Below, piece by piece: positions 20,153 through 29,373 of a DNA stretch of 64,000 nucleotides. Within the stretch, counting starts at the first letter, position 1; every line of letters starts with the position of its first letter. The stretch is taken from contig CAVZYA010000001.1 in the NCBI GenBank assembly GCA_963779415.1, forward strand, positions 1,248,001 through 1,312,000. Reading direction: 5' to 3'. The notes under the pieces were generated by a model, which worked only from the letters and a program-made list of their open reading frames with translations, had not been told where the DNA came from and ran no database searches. The position numbers and the translations under genes were made by a program. Origin of the DNA: an uncultured Acidobacteriota bacterium. Lineage in GTDB: Bacteria > Acidobacteriota > Thermoanaerobaculia > UBA5066.

Positions 20153-21778
20153 CTATTTCTCCGTCACCGCCGCCGCCGGGACCACGGCGGCCGGCACGGC
20201 AGCCGCCGACGCCGCCGGAGCCGAGGGGGCCGGTGCGACGTTCGCGGGAGCGGTGGCCGCCGCCGAGGCGGCAAGCGTCGTCACGATCTTCCCGGTCGAC
20301 TTGGCCGTCATCTCGAAGAACGGCTTCGGGTAGAGGCCGATCCAGAAGCAGATCGCGATGAGCGGCACGATCGTGAGGATCTCGCGGACGTTCACGTCCT
20401 CGAGAGCCTTGTTCTCCTCGTTCTTCATCTCGCCGAAGAAGACACGCTGGTAGAGCCAGAGCATGTAGGCGGCCCCGAGGACGATTCCGAGCGCGCCGAC
20501 CGCGGCCCAGCGCCAGTTCGTCAGGAAGGCCCCCTGCAGGATCGTGAACTCGCCGATGAACCCGTTCAGCGTCGGCAGGCCGATCGAGGCGAGGAGGATG
20601 ACCATGAAGAGCGTCGCGTAGACCGGCATGACGCCCGAGAGCCCCCCGTACTCGGAGATGAGGCGGGTGTGCCGGCGCTCGTAGACGATCCCGACGAGAA
20701 GGAACAAGCCTCCGGTCGAGAGGCCGTGGTTGATCGACTGGAGCATCCCGCCCTGCAGTCCGGCGTGGTTCAGCGCGAAGAATCCGAGCATGACGTAGCC
20801 GAGGTGCGCGACGGACGAGTACGCGACGAGCTTCTTCATGTCCGGCTGCACCATCGCGACGAGCGAGCCGTAGACGATGCCGACGAGCGCGAGGCCGACG
20901 ACGGAGGCCTGGACCCAGCCCGTCTGCGACGCTGCCGGGAAGATCGGAAGCGAGAAGCGGAGGAAACCGTACGTCCCCATTTTCAGGAGGACGCCGGCGA
21001 GGATCACGGAGCCGGCGGTGGGCGCCTCGACGTGGGCGTCCGGAAGCCACGTATGGAAGGGGAACATCGGGACCTTGATCGCGAAGCCGATGAAGAAGGC
21101 CCAGAAGAGCCAGATCTGGAGGTCCGCCGGGATCTGCGTCGCGATCGCGTGGTAGTGGAGGATGTCGAACGTCGGGGCATTCCCGAGTCCACGCCACCAA
21201 AGCAGGCCGGTCGTGTTGAAGAAGTAGAGGGCGATGATCGCGAGAAGCATGACGACCGACCCGACGAGGGTGTAGAGGAAGAACTTGATGGCCGCGTAAA
21301 GCTTGCGCGGGCCGCCCCAGATGCCGATCAGGAAGTACATCGGGACGAGCATCACTTCCCAGAAGACGTAGAAGAGGAAGAAGTCGAGGGCGCAGAAGAC
21401 GCCCACCATTCCGGCCTCGAGCAGGAGGAGGAACGCGTAGTACTCCTTCTCGCGCTTCGTGATGGCCGTGAAGCTCGAGTAGACCGAGATGAAGGTCAGG
21501 AGCGTCGTCAGAAGGATCAGGAGCGCGGCGATGCCGTCCACCCCGAGCGAGTAGCGCGCGCCGAGAGACGGAATCCACTCGAAGTTCTCCCGGAAGAAGA
21601 AGTCGCCGGACCTGCGGAACCCCTCCTCCATCCAGAGCGGGAGCGAGACGACGAACTCGGCCCCCGCGATGGCCGTCGTCACGTACATGATCGCCTTCGT
21701 CTTCTCCCGCGGGAAGAAGAGGAGCACGAGGGCCCCGGCGACCGGCAGGAAGATCAGGAGCGAGAGAAGTCCGTTCAT
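20153..21778 (-). CDS. nuoM: NADH-quinone oxidoreductase subunit M
   Basis: FYVFWEVMLVPMY, KVPMFPFHTWLPDAHVEAPT and GFIGEF. Ala/Pro-rich tail. Confidence 0.96.
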   Translation of the reverse strand: MNGLLSLLIFLPVAGALVLLFFPREKTKAIMYVTTAIAGAEFVVSLPLWMEEGFRRSGDFFFRENFEWIPSLGARYSLGVDGIAALLILLTTLLTFISVYSSFTAITKREKEYYAFLLLLEAGMVGVFCALDFFLFYVFWEVMLVPMYFLIGIWGGPRKLYAAIKFFLYTLVGSVVMLLAIIALYFFNTTGLLWWRGLGNAPTFDILHYHAIATQIPADLQIWLFWAFFIGFAIKVPMFPFHTWLPDAHVEAPTAGSVILAGVLLKMGTYGFLRFSLPIFPAASQTGWVQASVVGLALVGIVYGSLVAMVQPDMKKLVAYSSVAHLGYVMLGFFALNHAGLQGGMLQSINHGLSTGGLFLLVGIVYERRHTRLISEYGGLSGVMPVYATLFMVILLASIGLPTLNGFIGEFTILQGAFLTNWRWAAVGALGIVLGAAYMLWLYQRVFFGEMKNEENKALEDVNVREILTIVPLIAICFWIGLYPKPFFEMTAKSTGKIVTTLAASAAATAPANVAPAPSAPAASAAAVPAAVVPAAAVTEK

Positions 21779-21791
21779 GCCGCGTCCTTGC

Positions 21792-24053
21792 TCATCTCAG
21801 GATGATCCAGAGGCAGACGGCGCCGAAGACGCCGACGGCCATCGTGAGCGCGTAGTTTTCGGTCCGGCCGGTCTGGACGCGGCGGTAGCCGCGCCACGCC
21901 GCCTGCAGCGTCTCCGCGACGCCGTTCACGGCGCCGTCCACGAAGGCGAGGTCGAACCAGGAGGATATCCTCGAGATCTGGACGGTGAGCCAGCTCGTCC
22001 CGTTGACACCGACGCCGTCCACGACGCGGGCGTCCACCTCCCAGAGGAGCCGGCCGAGCCCCTTGCCCATCCCCTCCACGACGACCTTCTCGTAGAACTC
22101 GTCGACGTAGTACTTGTCGCGGATCCACCGGTAGAGGCGCGGGAAGGCCGCGGCCACCTGCTCGGGCATCGCGAACGGATAGGGTCCGCTGAAGAAGCGC
22201 CAGGCGAGCGCGATCCCCGCGAAGGCGACGAGGACCGAAGCGCCCATCAGGCTCCATTCGGTCCCGGCGGCAAGGGGGTGCAGACGGGGCATCCAGTCGG
22301 CCGGGAGCGCCGGCATCGCGGGCTCGAGGAACCTCTCGACCGCGTTCTCGTGCCCCAGCATGAAGGAGGGGATCCCGAACCACCCGACGACGAGCGAGCC
22401 GGCCGCGAGGACCCAGAGCGGAATCGTCATCGACGGGGGCGACTCGTGGACGTGCCGGAGCTGTTCCGGCGTTCCCCGGAACGTCCCCCAGAACGTCATC
22501 CGCATCAGGCGGAACATGTAGAAGGCGGTCATGCCGGCCGTCAGGACCGCGAAGGCCCAGAGGACCGTGTGCCCCTCGGCGAACGTCTCGGCGAGGATGG
22601 CGTCCTTCGAGAAGAACCCGGCGAGGCCCGGTACGCCCGCGATCGCGAGGGTCGCGACGAACATCGTCACGAAGGTGTGGGGAATCAGCTTCCGGAGCCC
22701 CCCCATCTTCGTCATGTCCTGCTCGCCGCCGAGGGCGTGGATCACGGAGCCCGAGCCGAGGAAGAGGCAGGCCTTGAACCAGGCGTGCGTGAAGACGTGG
22801 AACATCCCCCCCGAGAACGCGAGGACGCCGCAGCCGAGGAACATGTAGCCGAGCTGCGAGACCGTCGAGTAGGCGAGGACTTTCTTGATGTCGGTCTGGG
22901 CGAGGCCCATCGTCGCCGCGACGAACGCCGTCGCGCAGCCGACGACCGCGACGACGAAGGACGCGTCGTGCGTCAGGAGGCCCCACGCCGTCGCCCCCTC
23001 CCCCAGCGTCCGGAGCGCCCACTCGTGGGAGATCCGGTAGAAGACGTTGCAGCGCGCCACCATGTAGACGCCCGCCGTCACCATCGTCGCCGCGTGGATG
23101 AGGGCGGAGACCGGCGTCGGGCCCGCCATGGCGTCCGGCAGCCAGACGTAGAGCGGGATCTGCGCGCTCTTGCCGCAGGCGCCGATGAAGAGCGCGATGG
23201 CGACGGCCGTCATCAGCCCGCCGGCCCCGTAGACGGCCGGGTTCTTCGACGCGGCGTCGAACATGGCGCCGAAGTCGGTCGTCCCGAAGAGCGCCGCGCA
23301 GCCGAAGATGCCGAGCATGAAGCCGAGGTCGCCGATCCGGTTGACGACGAACGCCTTCTTCCCCGCGTCCGCGGCGAAGTCCTTGTCCCAGAAGTAGCCG
23401 ATCAGGAGGTACGAGCAGAGGCCGACGCCCTCCCACCCGACGAAGAGAATCGGGAGGTTCGCGCCGAGGACGAGCGTCAGCATCGCGAACATGAAGAGGT
23501 TCAGGTACGAGAAGTAGCGCCCATAGCCCGCGTCGTGCCCCATGTAGCCGACCGAGTACAGGTGGATCAGGGACCCGACGAGGGTGACGAAGAAGAGCAT
23601 CAGCGCCGAGAGGGCGTCGAGACGGAACGCGACGTCGATCGAGAGCGTCTTCATCCCGAACCAGGTCGGGTTCGAGCCGAGCGGCACCCAGGTCCAGAGG
23701 GTGGCCACGAGCGCCTCCTCTCCGTGCGTCTCGGCCCACCAGGAGCCGATGGCGAGGAGCGCGAAGAGGAAGGAGAGGCCGCAGGCGAGCGGGCCGACGA
23801 CGGAGTAGAGCGCCGAATAGGGGATCGCCGCGTGGCCCCCCTCCCCGTGGCCTCCGTGGGAGCCGTGGCTGCCGTGCGACGCGGGAGCATGGGCAGCGCC
23901 GGGATCGGCTCCGTGAGAGGCGGCGCCGTGGGGCCCCTTCGGAGCGTCCTTCCCGCCGAGCTTCGAATGCGAGAGGAGGTGGACGAGCCCGTTGACGAGG
24001 AACCCGATCAGCGGGAAGACCGGGATCCACGGGAGAAGGGAAAGGGCGCGCAT
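21792..24053 (-). CDS. nuoL: NADH-quinone oxidoreductase subunit L
   Basis: GWEGVGLCSYLLIG, GKSAQIPLYVWLPDAMAGPTPVSALIHAATMV and KKVLAYSTVSQLG. Confidence 0.96.
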   Translation of the reverse strand: MRALSLLPWIPVFPLIGFLVNGLVHLLSHSKLGGKDAPKGPHGAASHGADPGAAHAPASHGSHGSHGGHGEGGHAAIPYSALYSVVGPLACGLSFLFALLAIGSWWAETHGEEALVATLWTWVPLGSNPTWFGMKTLSIDVAFRLDALSALMLFFVTLVGSLIHLYSVGYMGHDAGYGRYFSYLNLFMFAMLTLVLGANLPILFVGWEGVGLCSYLLIGYFWDKDFAADAGKKAFVVNRIGDLGFMLGIFGCAALFGTTDFGAMFDAASKNPAVYGAGGLMTAVAIALFIGACGKSAQIPLYVWLPDAMAGPTPVSALIHAATMVTAGVYMVARCNVFYRISHEWALRTLGEGATAWGLLTHDASFVVAVVGCATAFVAATMGLAQTDIKKVLAYSTVSQLGYMFLGCGVLAFSGGMFHVFTHAWFKACLFLGSGSVIHALGGEQDMTKMGGLRKLIPHTFVTMFVATLAIAGVPGLAGFFSKDAILAETFAEGHTVLWAFAVLTAGMTAFYMFRLMRMTFWGTFRGTPEQLRHVHESPPSMTIPLWVLAAGSLVVGWFGIPSFMLGHENAVERFLEPAMPALPADWMPRLHPLAAGTEWSLMGASVLVAFAGIALAWRFFSGPYPFAMPEQVAAAFPRLYRWIRDKYYVDEFYEKVVVEGMGKGLGRLLWEVDARVVDGVGVNGTSWLTVQISRISSWFDLAFVDGAVNGVAETLQAAWRGYRRVQTGRTENYALTMAVGVFGAVCLWIILR

Positions 24054-24060
24054 CAGGCCT

Positions 24061-24363
24061 TCATCCCTTCATCTCGGCCGCGTCATCGAGGTTGACGGAG
24101 CCCTTGAGCCGGTAGAGGGAGATGATGATCGCGAGGCCGATGGCCGCCTCCCCCGCCGCCACCGCGATGATGAAGACGACGAAGACCTGCCCCGCGAGGT
24201 CTCCGAGCTGCCGGGAGAACGCGACGAGGTTCAGGTTCACGGCGTTCAGCATCAGCTCGATGGACATCAGGACGGTCAGGAGGTTCCGCCGGACGAGGAC
24301 GCCGACGACCCCGAGGATGAAGAGGAGGAACGAGAGGGCGAGGTAGTGGGTCAGGGGGACCAT
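24061..24363 (-). CDS. nuoK: NADH-quinone oxidoreductase subunit K
   Basis: [13 protein letters not shown] and [11 protein letters not shown]. Confidence 0.96.
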   Translation of the reverse strand: MVPLTHYLALSFLLFILGVVGVLVRRNLLTVLMSIELMLNAVNLNLVAFSRQLGDLAGQVFVVFIIAVAAGEAAIGLAIIISLYRLKGSVNLDDAAEMKG

Positions 24364-24914
24364 CAGTCCACCTTCTCCATCGTCCGCTTGCCGAGGACGA
24401 CGGCGCCGATCATCGCCACGAGGAGAAAGACCGAGGCGACCTCGAACGGAAGCGCGTAGTCGCGGTAGAGGAGCCAGCCGACCGCCTCGCTGTTCCCCGC
24501 CGCCCGGCCCCCGGCCAGAACGAGGCGCGCCGGGTCGGCGGCCCCGGCCACGTCGAAGCCGCTCATCCGCTTCGCCGCCCCGACGAGGAACCCGCCGACG
24601 ACGGCGTAGAACGCGATGCCGACGAGAACCGCGACGCCCGCCTGCCGGTGGAGGAAGCGCTCGGCCTCCTGGCGCCTCACGTTGACGAGCATGATCGTGA
24701 AGAGGAAGAGGACCATGATCCCGCCCGCGTAGACGAGGATCTGGACCGCCGCGAGGAACTCGGCCCGCGAGAGGACGAAGAGGCCCGCGATCGCGACGAA
24801 GGAGAGAAGAAGGAAGAGCGCCGAGTGGACCGGCTGCCGCATGACGACGACGCCGACGGCGCCGATCACGACGACGGATGCGAGGGCCCAGAAGATGACG
24901 AGCGCGGGGGTCAC
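24363..24914 (-). CDS. nuoJ: NADH-quinone oxidoreductase subunit J
   Basis: GTG start. [15 protein letters not shown] and [16 protein letters not shown]. Confidence 0.95.
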   Translation of the reverse strand: MTPALVIFWALASVVVIGAVGVVVMRQPVHSALFLLLSFVAIAGLFVLSRAEFLAAVQILVYAGGIMVLFLFTIMLVNVRRQEAERFLHRQAGVAVLVGIAFYAVVGGFLVGAAKRMSGFDVAGAADPARLVLAGGRAAGNSEAVGWLLYRDYALPFEVASVFLLVAMIGAVVLGKRTMEKVD

Positions 24915-25396
24915 GGCTTTTTCTCCTCCTCCCCCGGCGCCGGCGGGATCGTGACGCCCTTCTGGACGTCCCACTGCGTCAGCTTGACGATGTCGAGGTA
25001 GAGCGCTTCGTTCCGCTCGTAGGCGCCCAGCTCGTACGTCTTCGTCTTCAGCCAGATCGACTTCGGGTTCGTCGGGCACGCGTCCTCGCAGAGGCCGCAG
25101 AACATGCAGCGCTTCAGGTCGAGGTCGAAGCGGTCGAGGACCTTCTCCGCCTTCCCTTCCGGGTTCTTCTCGTTGTGCCAGTCGATGAAGATGATGTTGA
25201 TGGGGCACTCGATCGCGCAGAGCGTGCACTTGATGCAGCGCTCCTCGTCGAGCTTGAACATCCCGCGGAAGCGGTCGCTCGCCTCGCGCCGCGCCTCCGG
25301 GTAGGGGACGGTGTCCTTCCTCCGCCACCAGTGGCGTCCCGTGATCTTCAGCCCCGTGAAGATGTCGAAGAGGAGGATCCGGTCGAGAAGGCCCAT
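24911..25396 (-). CDS. nuoI: NADH-quinone oxidoreductase subunit I
   Basis: [12 protein letters not shown] and [12 protein letters not shown] (two [4Fe-4S] motifs). Confidence 0.95.
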   Translation of the reverse strand: MGLLDRILLFDIFTGLKITGRHWWRRKDTVPYPEARREASDRFRGMFKLDEERCIKCTLCAIECPINIIFIDWHNEKNPEGKAEKVLDRFDLDLKRCMFCGLCEDACPTNPKSIWLKTKTYELGAYERNEALYLDIVKLTQWDVQKGVTIPPAPGEEEKKP

Positions 25397-25398
25397 CG

Positions 25399-26556
25399 TC
25401 ACGCCCCTTCCGCCAGGACCGTCCGCCGCGTCGGCGTCGCCCGGGAGAGGACGACGAAGCCGCCGACGACCGCCACCCAGAGGACGACCGAGAGCACCTT
25501 GAGCCCCGGGAGCCCCCAGAGCGCCGCGAAGGCGACGAGGACGACGTTGCCGATCGAGAGCGGGATCAGGACCTTCCACCCGAGCGCCATCAGCTGGTCG
25601 AACCGGTATCGCGGGAAGGTCCCGCGGAACCAGATGTAGACGAAGAGGAAGACCGAGACCTTGAGGAGGAACCAGACGATCCCCGGGACGAAGTCGAGGA
25701 ACGAGAGCCACGAGACGTTCGGGAAGGGGCGGAGCCACCCGCCGAAGAAGAGCGTCGTGGCGATCGCCGAGATCGTGATCATGTTCGCGTACTCGGAGAG
25801 GAAGAAGACGGCCCAGCGGAAGCCCGAGTACTCGGTATGGAAGCCGGCGACCAGCTCGCTCTCGGCCTCGGGAAGGTCGAACGGGATCCGGTTCGTCTCG
25901 GCGACACCCGAGACGAAGTAGAGGAAGAAGGCGAGGAGGCCGGGGAAAATGAACCAGAGGTGCGCCGCCTTCTGCGCCTCGACGATCCCGACGAGGGAGA
26001 GCGACCGGGACATCAGGATCGTGGCGACGAGCGCGAAGCCCATCGGGACCTCGTAGCTGATGAGCTGCGCGGCCGACCGGAGCCCCCCCATCAGCGCGTA
26101 CTTCGAGTTGGAGGCCCAGCCGCCGAGGATGATCCCGTAGACGCCGATCGACGTGATCGCGACGAGAAGGAGGAGCCCCACGTTCACGTCGGTGCCGTAC
26201 GGGCCCGTCCGGATCAGGCCGAGGCCCGGAATCCGGAACGTCCCCTCGGGCCCCCATGGAATGAACGCGTAGACGGTCAGCGCCGGGACCATGACGAGGA
26301 TCGGCGCGAGGAAGTGGATCGCGCTCTCGGCGTGCGCCGGGACGACGTCTTCCTTGAAGATCAGCTTCACGACGTCCGCGACCCACTGCAGGGCGCCGTT
26401 CCACCCGACGCGGTTCGGTCCCTGCCGGACCTGGAGCCGCGCGAGGACCCGGCGCTCGATCAGCGTCAGGATGCCGGCCACCGTCGCGACGACGAGGACC
26501 GAGACGACGGCCTTCACGGCCGGGATGACGACGTTGTAGAGGAGGGCCTCGTTCAT
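25399..26556 (-). CDS. nuoH: NADH-quinone oxidoreductase subunit H
   Basis: RQGPNRVG, SNSKYALMGGLRS and AETNRIPFDLPEAESELVAGFHTEYSG. Confidence 0.96.
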   Translation of the reverse strand: MNEALLYNVVIPAVKAVVSVLVVATVAGILTLIERRVLARLQVRQGPNRVGWNGALQWVADVVKLIFKEDVVPAHAESAIHFLAPILVMVPALTVYAFIPWGPEGTFRIPGLGLIRTGPYGTDVNVGLLLLVAITSIGVYGIILGGWASNSKYALMGGLRSAAQLISYEVPMGFALVATILMSRSLSLVGIVEAQKAAHLWFIFPGLLAFFLYFVSGVAETNRIPFDLPEAESELVAGFHTEYSGFRWAVFFLSEYANMITISAIATTLFFGGWLRPFPNVSWLSFLDFVPGIVWFLLKVSVFLFVYIWFRGTFPRYRFDQLMALGWKVLIPLSIGNVVLVAFAALWGLPGLKVLSVVLWVAVVGGFVVLSRATPTRRTVLAEGA

Positions 26557-27716
26557 CAGCGGTCCACCTCGCCGAGGACGATGTCTATGGTTCCGATGAT
26601 GGCCACGAGGTCCGCCACGAGGTGCCCCTTCGCCATCTCGGGGAGGGCCTGGAGGTTGATGAAGGACGGGGGGCGGACGCGGAGCCGGTAGGGCTTGTTG
26701 CTCCCGTTCGAGACGAGGTAGAAGCCCAGCTCCCCCTTCGGCGCCTCGACGGCGGCGTAGACGTCCCCGGCGACGGGCTTGATGACCCGGGGGACCTTCC
26801 CGCGGATCTCCCCCTCCGGGTTCTTCGCGAGCCAGTCGCAGCACTGGAGGACGATGCGGCGGCTCTGGCGGAGCTCGGCGACGCGGACGAGGTAGCGGTC
26901 GTACGTGTCCGCGTTCGGGTAGACCGGGATCTCGAAGTCGAGATCCGCGTAGCACTCGTAGGGAATCGCCCGCCGGACGTCCCACTTCACCCCGGCGCCG
27001 CGCAGCGGCGGCCCCGTGACGCCCCACTCGATGCACTGCTCGCCCGTGAGGATGCCGATCCCGATCGTCCGCTGTCTCCAGATCCGGTTCTCGGTCAGGA
27101 GGTCCTCGTACTCGTCGATGTTCTTGTCGAACACCTCGGTGAAGGCGCGGACCCGCTCGATCCAGCCCGGAGGAAGCTCTTCGAGGAGCCCGCCGATCCG
27201 CATGCAGTTGAGCGTCAGCCGCGCGCCGCAGTAGTCCTCGAAGAGGTCGAGGATCACTTCCCGCTCGCGGAACGTGTAGAAGAACGGCGTGATGGCGCCG
27301 AGGTCGATCGCCGCGGTCGCGAGCCAGAGGAGGTGCGAGGAGATCCGCTGCAGCTCGTCGAGGAGGACGCGGATGTATTGCGCCTTCTTCGGCACCTCGA
27401 GCGCGAGGAGCTTCTCGACGGCGAGGCAGTAGGCGTGGTTGTTCGTCGCCGCCGCCACGTAGTCCATCCGGTCCGTGTGCGGGATGACCATCGGGTAGGT
27501 CTCGGTCTCGAAGAGCTTCTCGGTCCCGCGGTGGAGGTAGCCGATGTCCGGACGCGCCGAGACGATCCGCTCGCCGTCCACCTTCAGGACGAGCCGGAGG
27601 ACGCCGTGCGTGGAGGGATGCTGAGGCCCGAAGTTCAGCTCCATCTCGCGCAGGCCGAGCATCGGCTCGCCCGAATCGGGGACGCTTGCGGCGGTTCCGG
27701 GGCGTTCCTCGCTCAC
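26556..27716 (-). CDS. nuoD: NADH-quinone oxidoreductase subunit D
   Basis: NFGPQHPSTHGVLRL, GYLHRGTEK, EAPKGELG and C-terminal GEVDR. Confidence 0.96.
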   Translation of the reverse strand: MSEERPGTAASVPDSGEPMLGLREMELNFGPQHPSTHGVLRLVLKVDGERIVSARPDIGYLHRGTEKLFETETYPMVIPHTDRMDYVAAATNNHAYCLAVEKLLALEVPKKAQYIRVLLDELQRISSHLLWLATAAIDLGAITPFFYTFREREVILDLFEDYCGARLTLNCMRIGGLLEELPPGWIERVRAFTEVFDKNIDEYEDLLTENRIWRQRTIGIGILTGEQCIEWGVTGPPLRGAGVKWDVRRAIPYECYADLDFEIPVYPNADTYDRYLVRVAELRQSRRIVLQCCDWLAKNPEGEIRGKVPRVIKPVAGDVYAAVEAPKGELGFYLVSNGSNKPYRLRVRPPSFINLQALPEMAKGHLVADLVAIIGTIDIVLGEVDR

Positions 27717-28411
27717 GACACGACCTTTCGGTTGGAGTCCTTGCCCGACGGGCCGCCCCCTTCCGGGTACCGGTCCGGGTAGATCGCGGCGCCGGTGTCG
27801 ATCCCCTCCACGGGGAAGTCCTTCCGGAGCGGATGGCCCTGGAAACCGTCCCAGGTCAGGATCCGCCGCAGATCGGGATGGCCGGCGAAGCGGATGCCGA
27901 AGAGGTCCCACACCTCGCGCTCCATCCAGTTCGCCGCAAGGAAGACGCCGCAGGCCGTCGGGCATTCCGCGCCGTCGGCCACGCCCGTCCGGACCCGGAT
28001 CCGGGTGTTCCCCTTCTCGAAGGAGTGGAGCCAGTAGACGACGTCGAACCGCGGCACGCGCGCCTTCCAGTCGACGGCGGTGAGGTCGACGAGATACGTG
28101 TAGGCCTCGCTCCCTTTCAGGTGCCGGAGGACGTCGGGCACCTTTTCGGGCGGGACCTCCACCGTCACCTGCCCCACCAGCTCCTTGGCGGCGAGGACGG
28201 CTCCAGGGAGGGCCGCCGAGAGGCGCTGGACGACGGGGTCGGCCGACGCGTCGTTCGCGGTCGGGCCCTTCGGCTTGGGCGGGGCCGGAGGAGCGGCGGC
28301 CTTTGCGGGCGCCGCCGCGGCGGGCGTGGCTGCGGGCTTCGGGGCCTCCGCGGAGGGCTTCGGGGCCTCGGCCGGAGGAGAAGGCGTCGGAGGCTTCGTC
28401 TCGTCCGTCAC
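27713..28411 (-). CDS. nuoC: NADH-quinone oxidoreductase subunit C with Pro/Ala-rich N-terminus
   Basis: [24 protein letters not shown]...GHPLRKDFP. Confidence 0.95.
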   Translation of the reverse strand: MTDETKPPTPSPPAEAPKPSAEAPKPAATPAAAAPAKAAAPPAPPKPKGPTANDASADPVVQRLSAALPGAVLAAKELVGQVTVEVPPEKVPDVLRHLKGSEAYTYLVDLTAVDWKARVPRFDVVYWLHSFEKGNTRIRVRTGVADGAECPTACGVFLAANWMEREVWDLFGIRFAGHPDLRRILTWDGFQGHPLRKDFPVEGIDTGAAIYPDRYPEGGGPSGKDSNRKVVS

Positions 28412-28905
28412 GCGCTCTCCGTTCCCTCTTTCCGGAGGACCTTCATCTTCTGGATCTTCTTCTGCAGCTCCATGAGCCCGTACAGGAGCGCCTCCGGGCG
28501 CGGCGGGCAGCCGGGGACGTAGACGTCCACCGGGATGATCCGGTCGACCCCCTGCGTCACGGCGTAGCTGCGGTAGGGGCCGCCGCACATGGCGCAGGAC
28601 CCCATCGCGATGACCCACTTCGGGTCGGCCATCTGGTCGTAGAGGCGCTTGATGATCGGCGCCATCTTCTCGGTCACGGTGCCGGCCACGAGCATCAGGT
28701 CGCACTGCCGCGGCGAGCCGCGAAAGACCTCGGCGCCGAAGCGCGCCATGTCGTGGCGGCTGTCGACGACGGCCATCATCTCGATCGCGCAGCAGGCGAG
28801 GCCGAACTGCATCGGCCAGAGCGAGTTCTTCCGCCCCCAGCTGATGACGGCGTCGACCGTCGTCGTGATGACGTTGTCCGGGAGGGAGTTCTCGATCAGG
28901 CCCAC
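28408..28905 (-). CDS. nuoB: NADH-quinone oxidoreductase subunit B
   Basis: [15 protein letters not shown] and [11 protein letters not shown]. Confidence 0.96.
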   Translation of the reverse strand: MGLIENSLPDNVITTTVDAVISWGRKNSLWPMQFGLACCAIEMMAVVDSRHDMARFGAEVFRGSPRQCDLMLVAGTVTEKMAPIIKRLYDQMADPKWVIAMGSCAMCGGPYRSYAVTQGVDRIIPVDVYVPGCPPRPEALLYGLMELQKKIQKMKVLRKEGTESA

Positions 28906-29270
28906 GTCAACGCGCCTCTCTTCCAGACGTAGACGTACCCGATCAGGAGGATGTAGATGAAGACGAGCATCTCCACGAGGCCGAAGACGAGGAGCCGGTG
29001 GTACATGACCGCCCACGGGAAGAGGAAAACGGTCTCCACGTCGAAGACGACGAAGAGGACGGCGATCAGGTAATACCGGACCGAGAATCGGTGGTCGAAC
29101 GCCTCGGTCGTCGCCGCGACGCCGCATTCGTACGGCGCGAGCTTCGTCGCATTCGGACGAGACGGCCGGAAAAGCGCCATCAGGACGAGGAGGACGACGG
29201 GAAGAGCCCCCGCCACGAGGGCGAAGTAGAACACCGGCAGATATGCCGCCATGTCAGGCGCCTGGGACAC
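28896..29270 (-). CDS. nuoA: NADH-quinone oxidoreductase subunit A
   Basis: [20 protein letters not shown] and WKRGALTW. The start may instead be the ATG at 29252. Confidence 0.95.
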   Translation of the reverse strand: MSQAPDMAAYLPVFYFALVAGALPVVLLVLMALFRPSRPNATKLAPYECGVAATTEAFDHRFSVRYYLIAVLFVVFDVETVFLFPWAVMYHRLLVFGLVEMLVFIYILLIGYVYVWKRGALTWA

Positions 29271-29331
29271 ACGCCCCCCTTTGGATCACGAGCCGGCCTG
29301 TCTGGCCGCCCTCAGGCTCACAACGCGCGGG

Positions 29332-29360
29332 ATTTTCTGGTCCCCCCCCCCATCCGTCAA
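29332..29360 (-). promoter_or_regulatory. Predicted sigma70 promoter of the nuo-atp operon with a G10 tract in its spacer
   Basis: Minus strand TTGACG (29355-29360), 17 nt, GAAAAT (29332-29337). C10 on + at 29342-29351. Confidence 0.55.
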
Positions 29361-29373
29361 TGATTCGACCGCA

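Noticed and set aside
18009-21578. 1189-aa ORF and many other long overlapping ORFs (e.g. 19211-21805, 21669-24095, 38393-40669)
   Set aside because: Arg/Pro/Gly-rich shadow frames of real high-GC genes with no recognisable motifs. Only the last ~140 codons of the 1189-aa frame (atpI) are real.
26556-28905. nuoBCD as a group 4 [NiFe]-hydrogenase or Ehr complex
   Set aside because: NuoD lacks both Ni-binding CxxC motifs and ends in GEVDR, and NuoB has the tandem CC of complex I.
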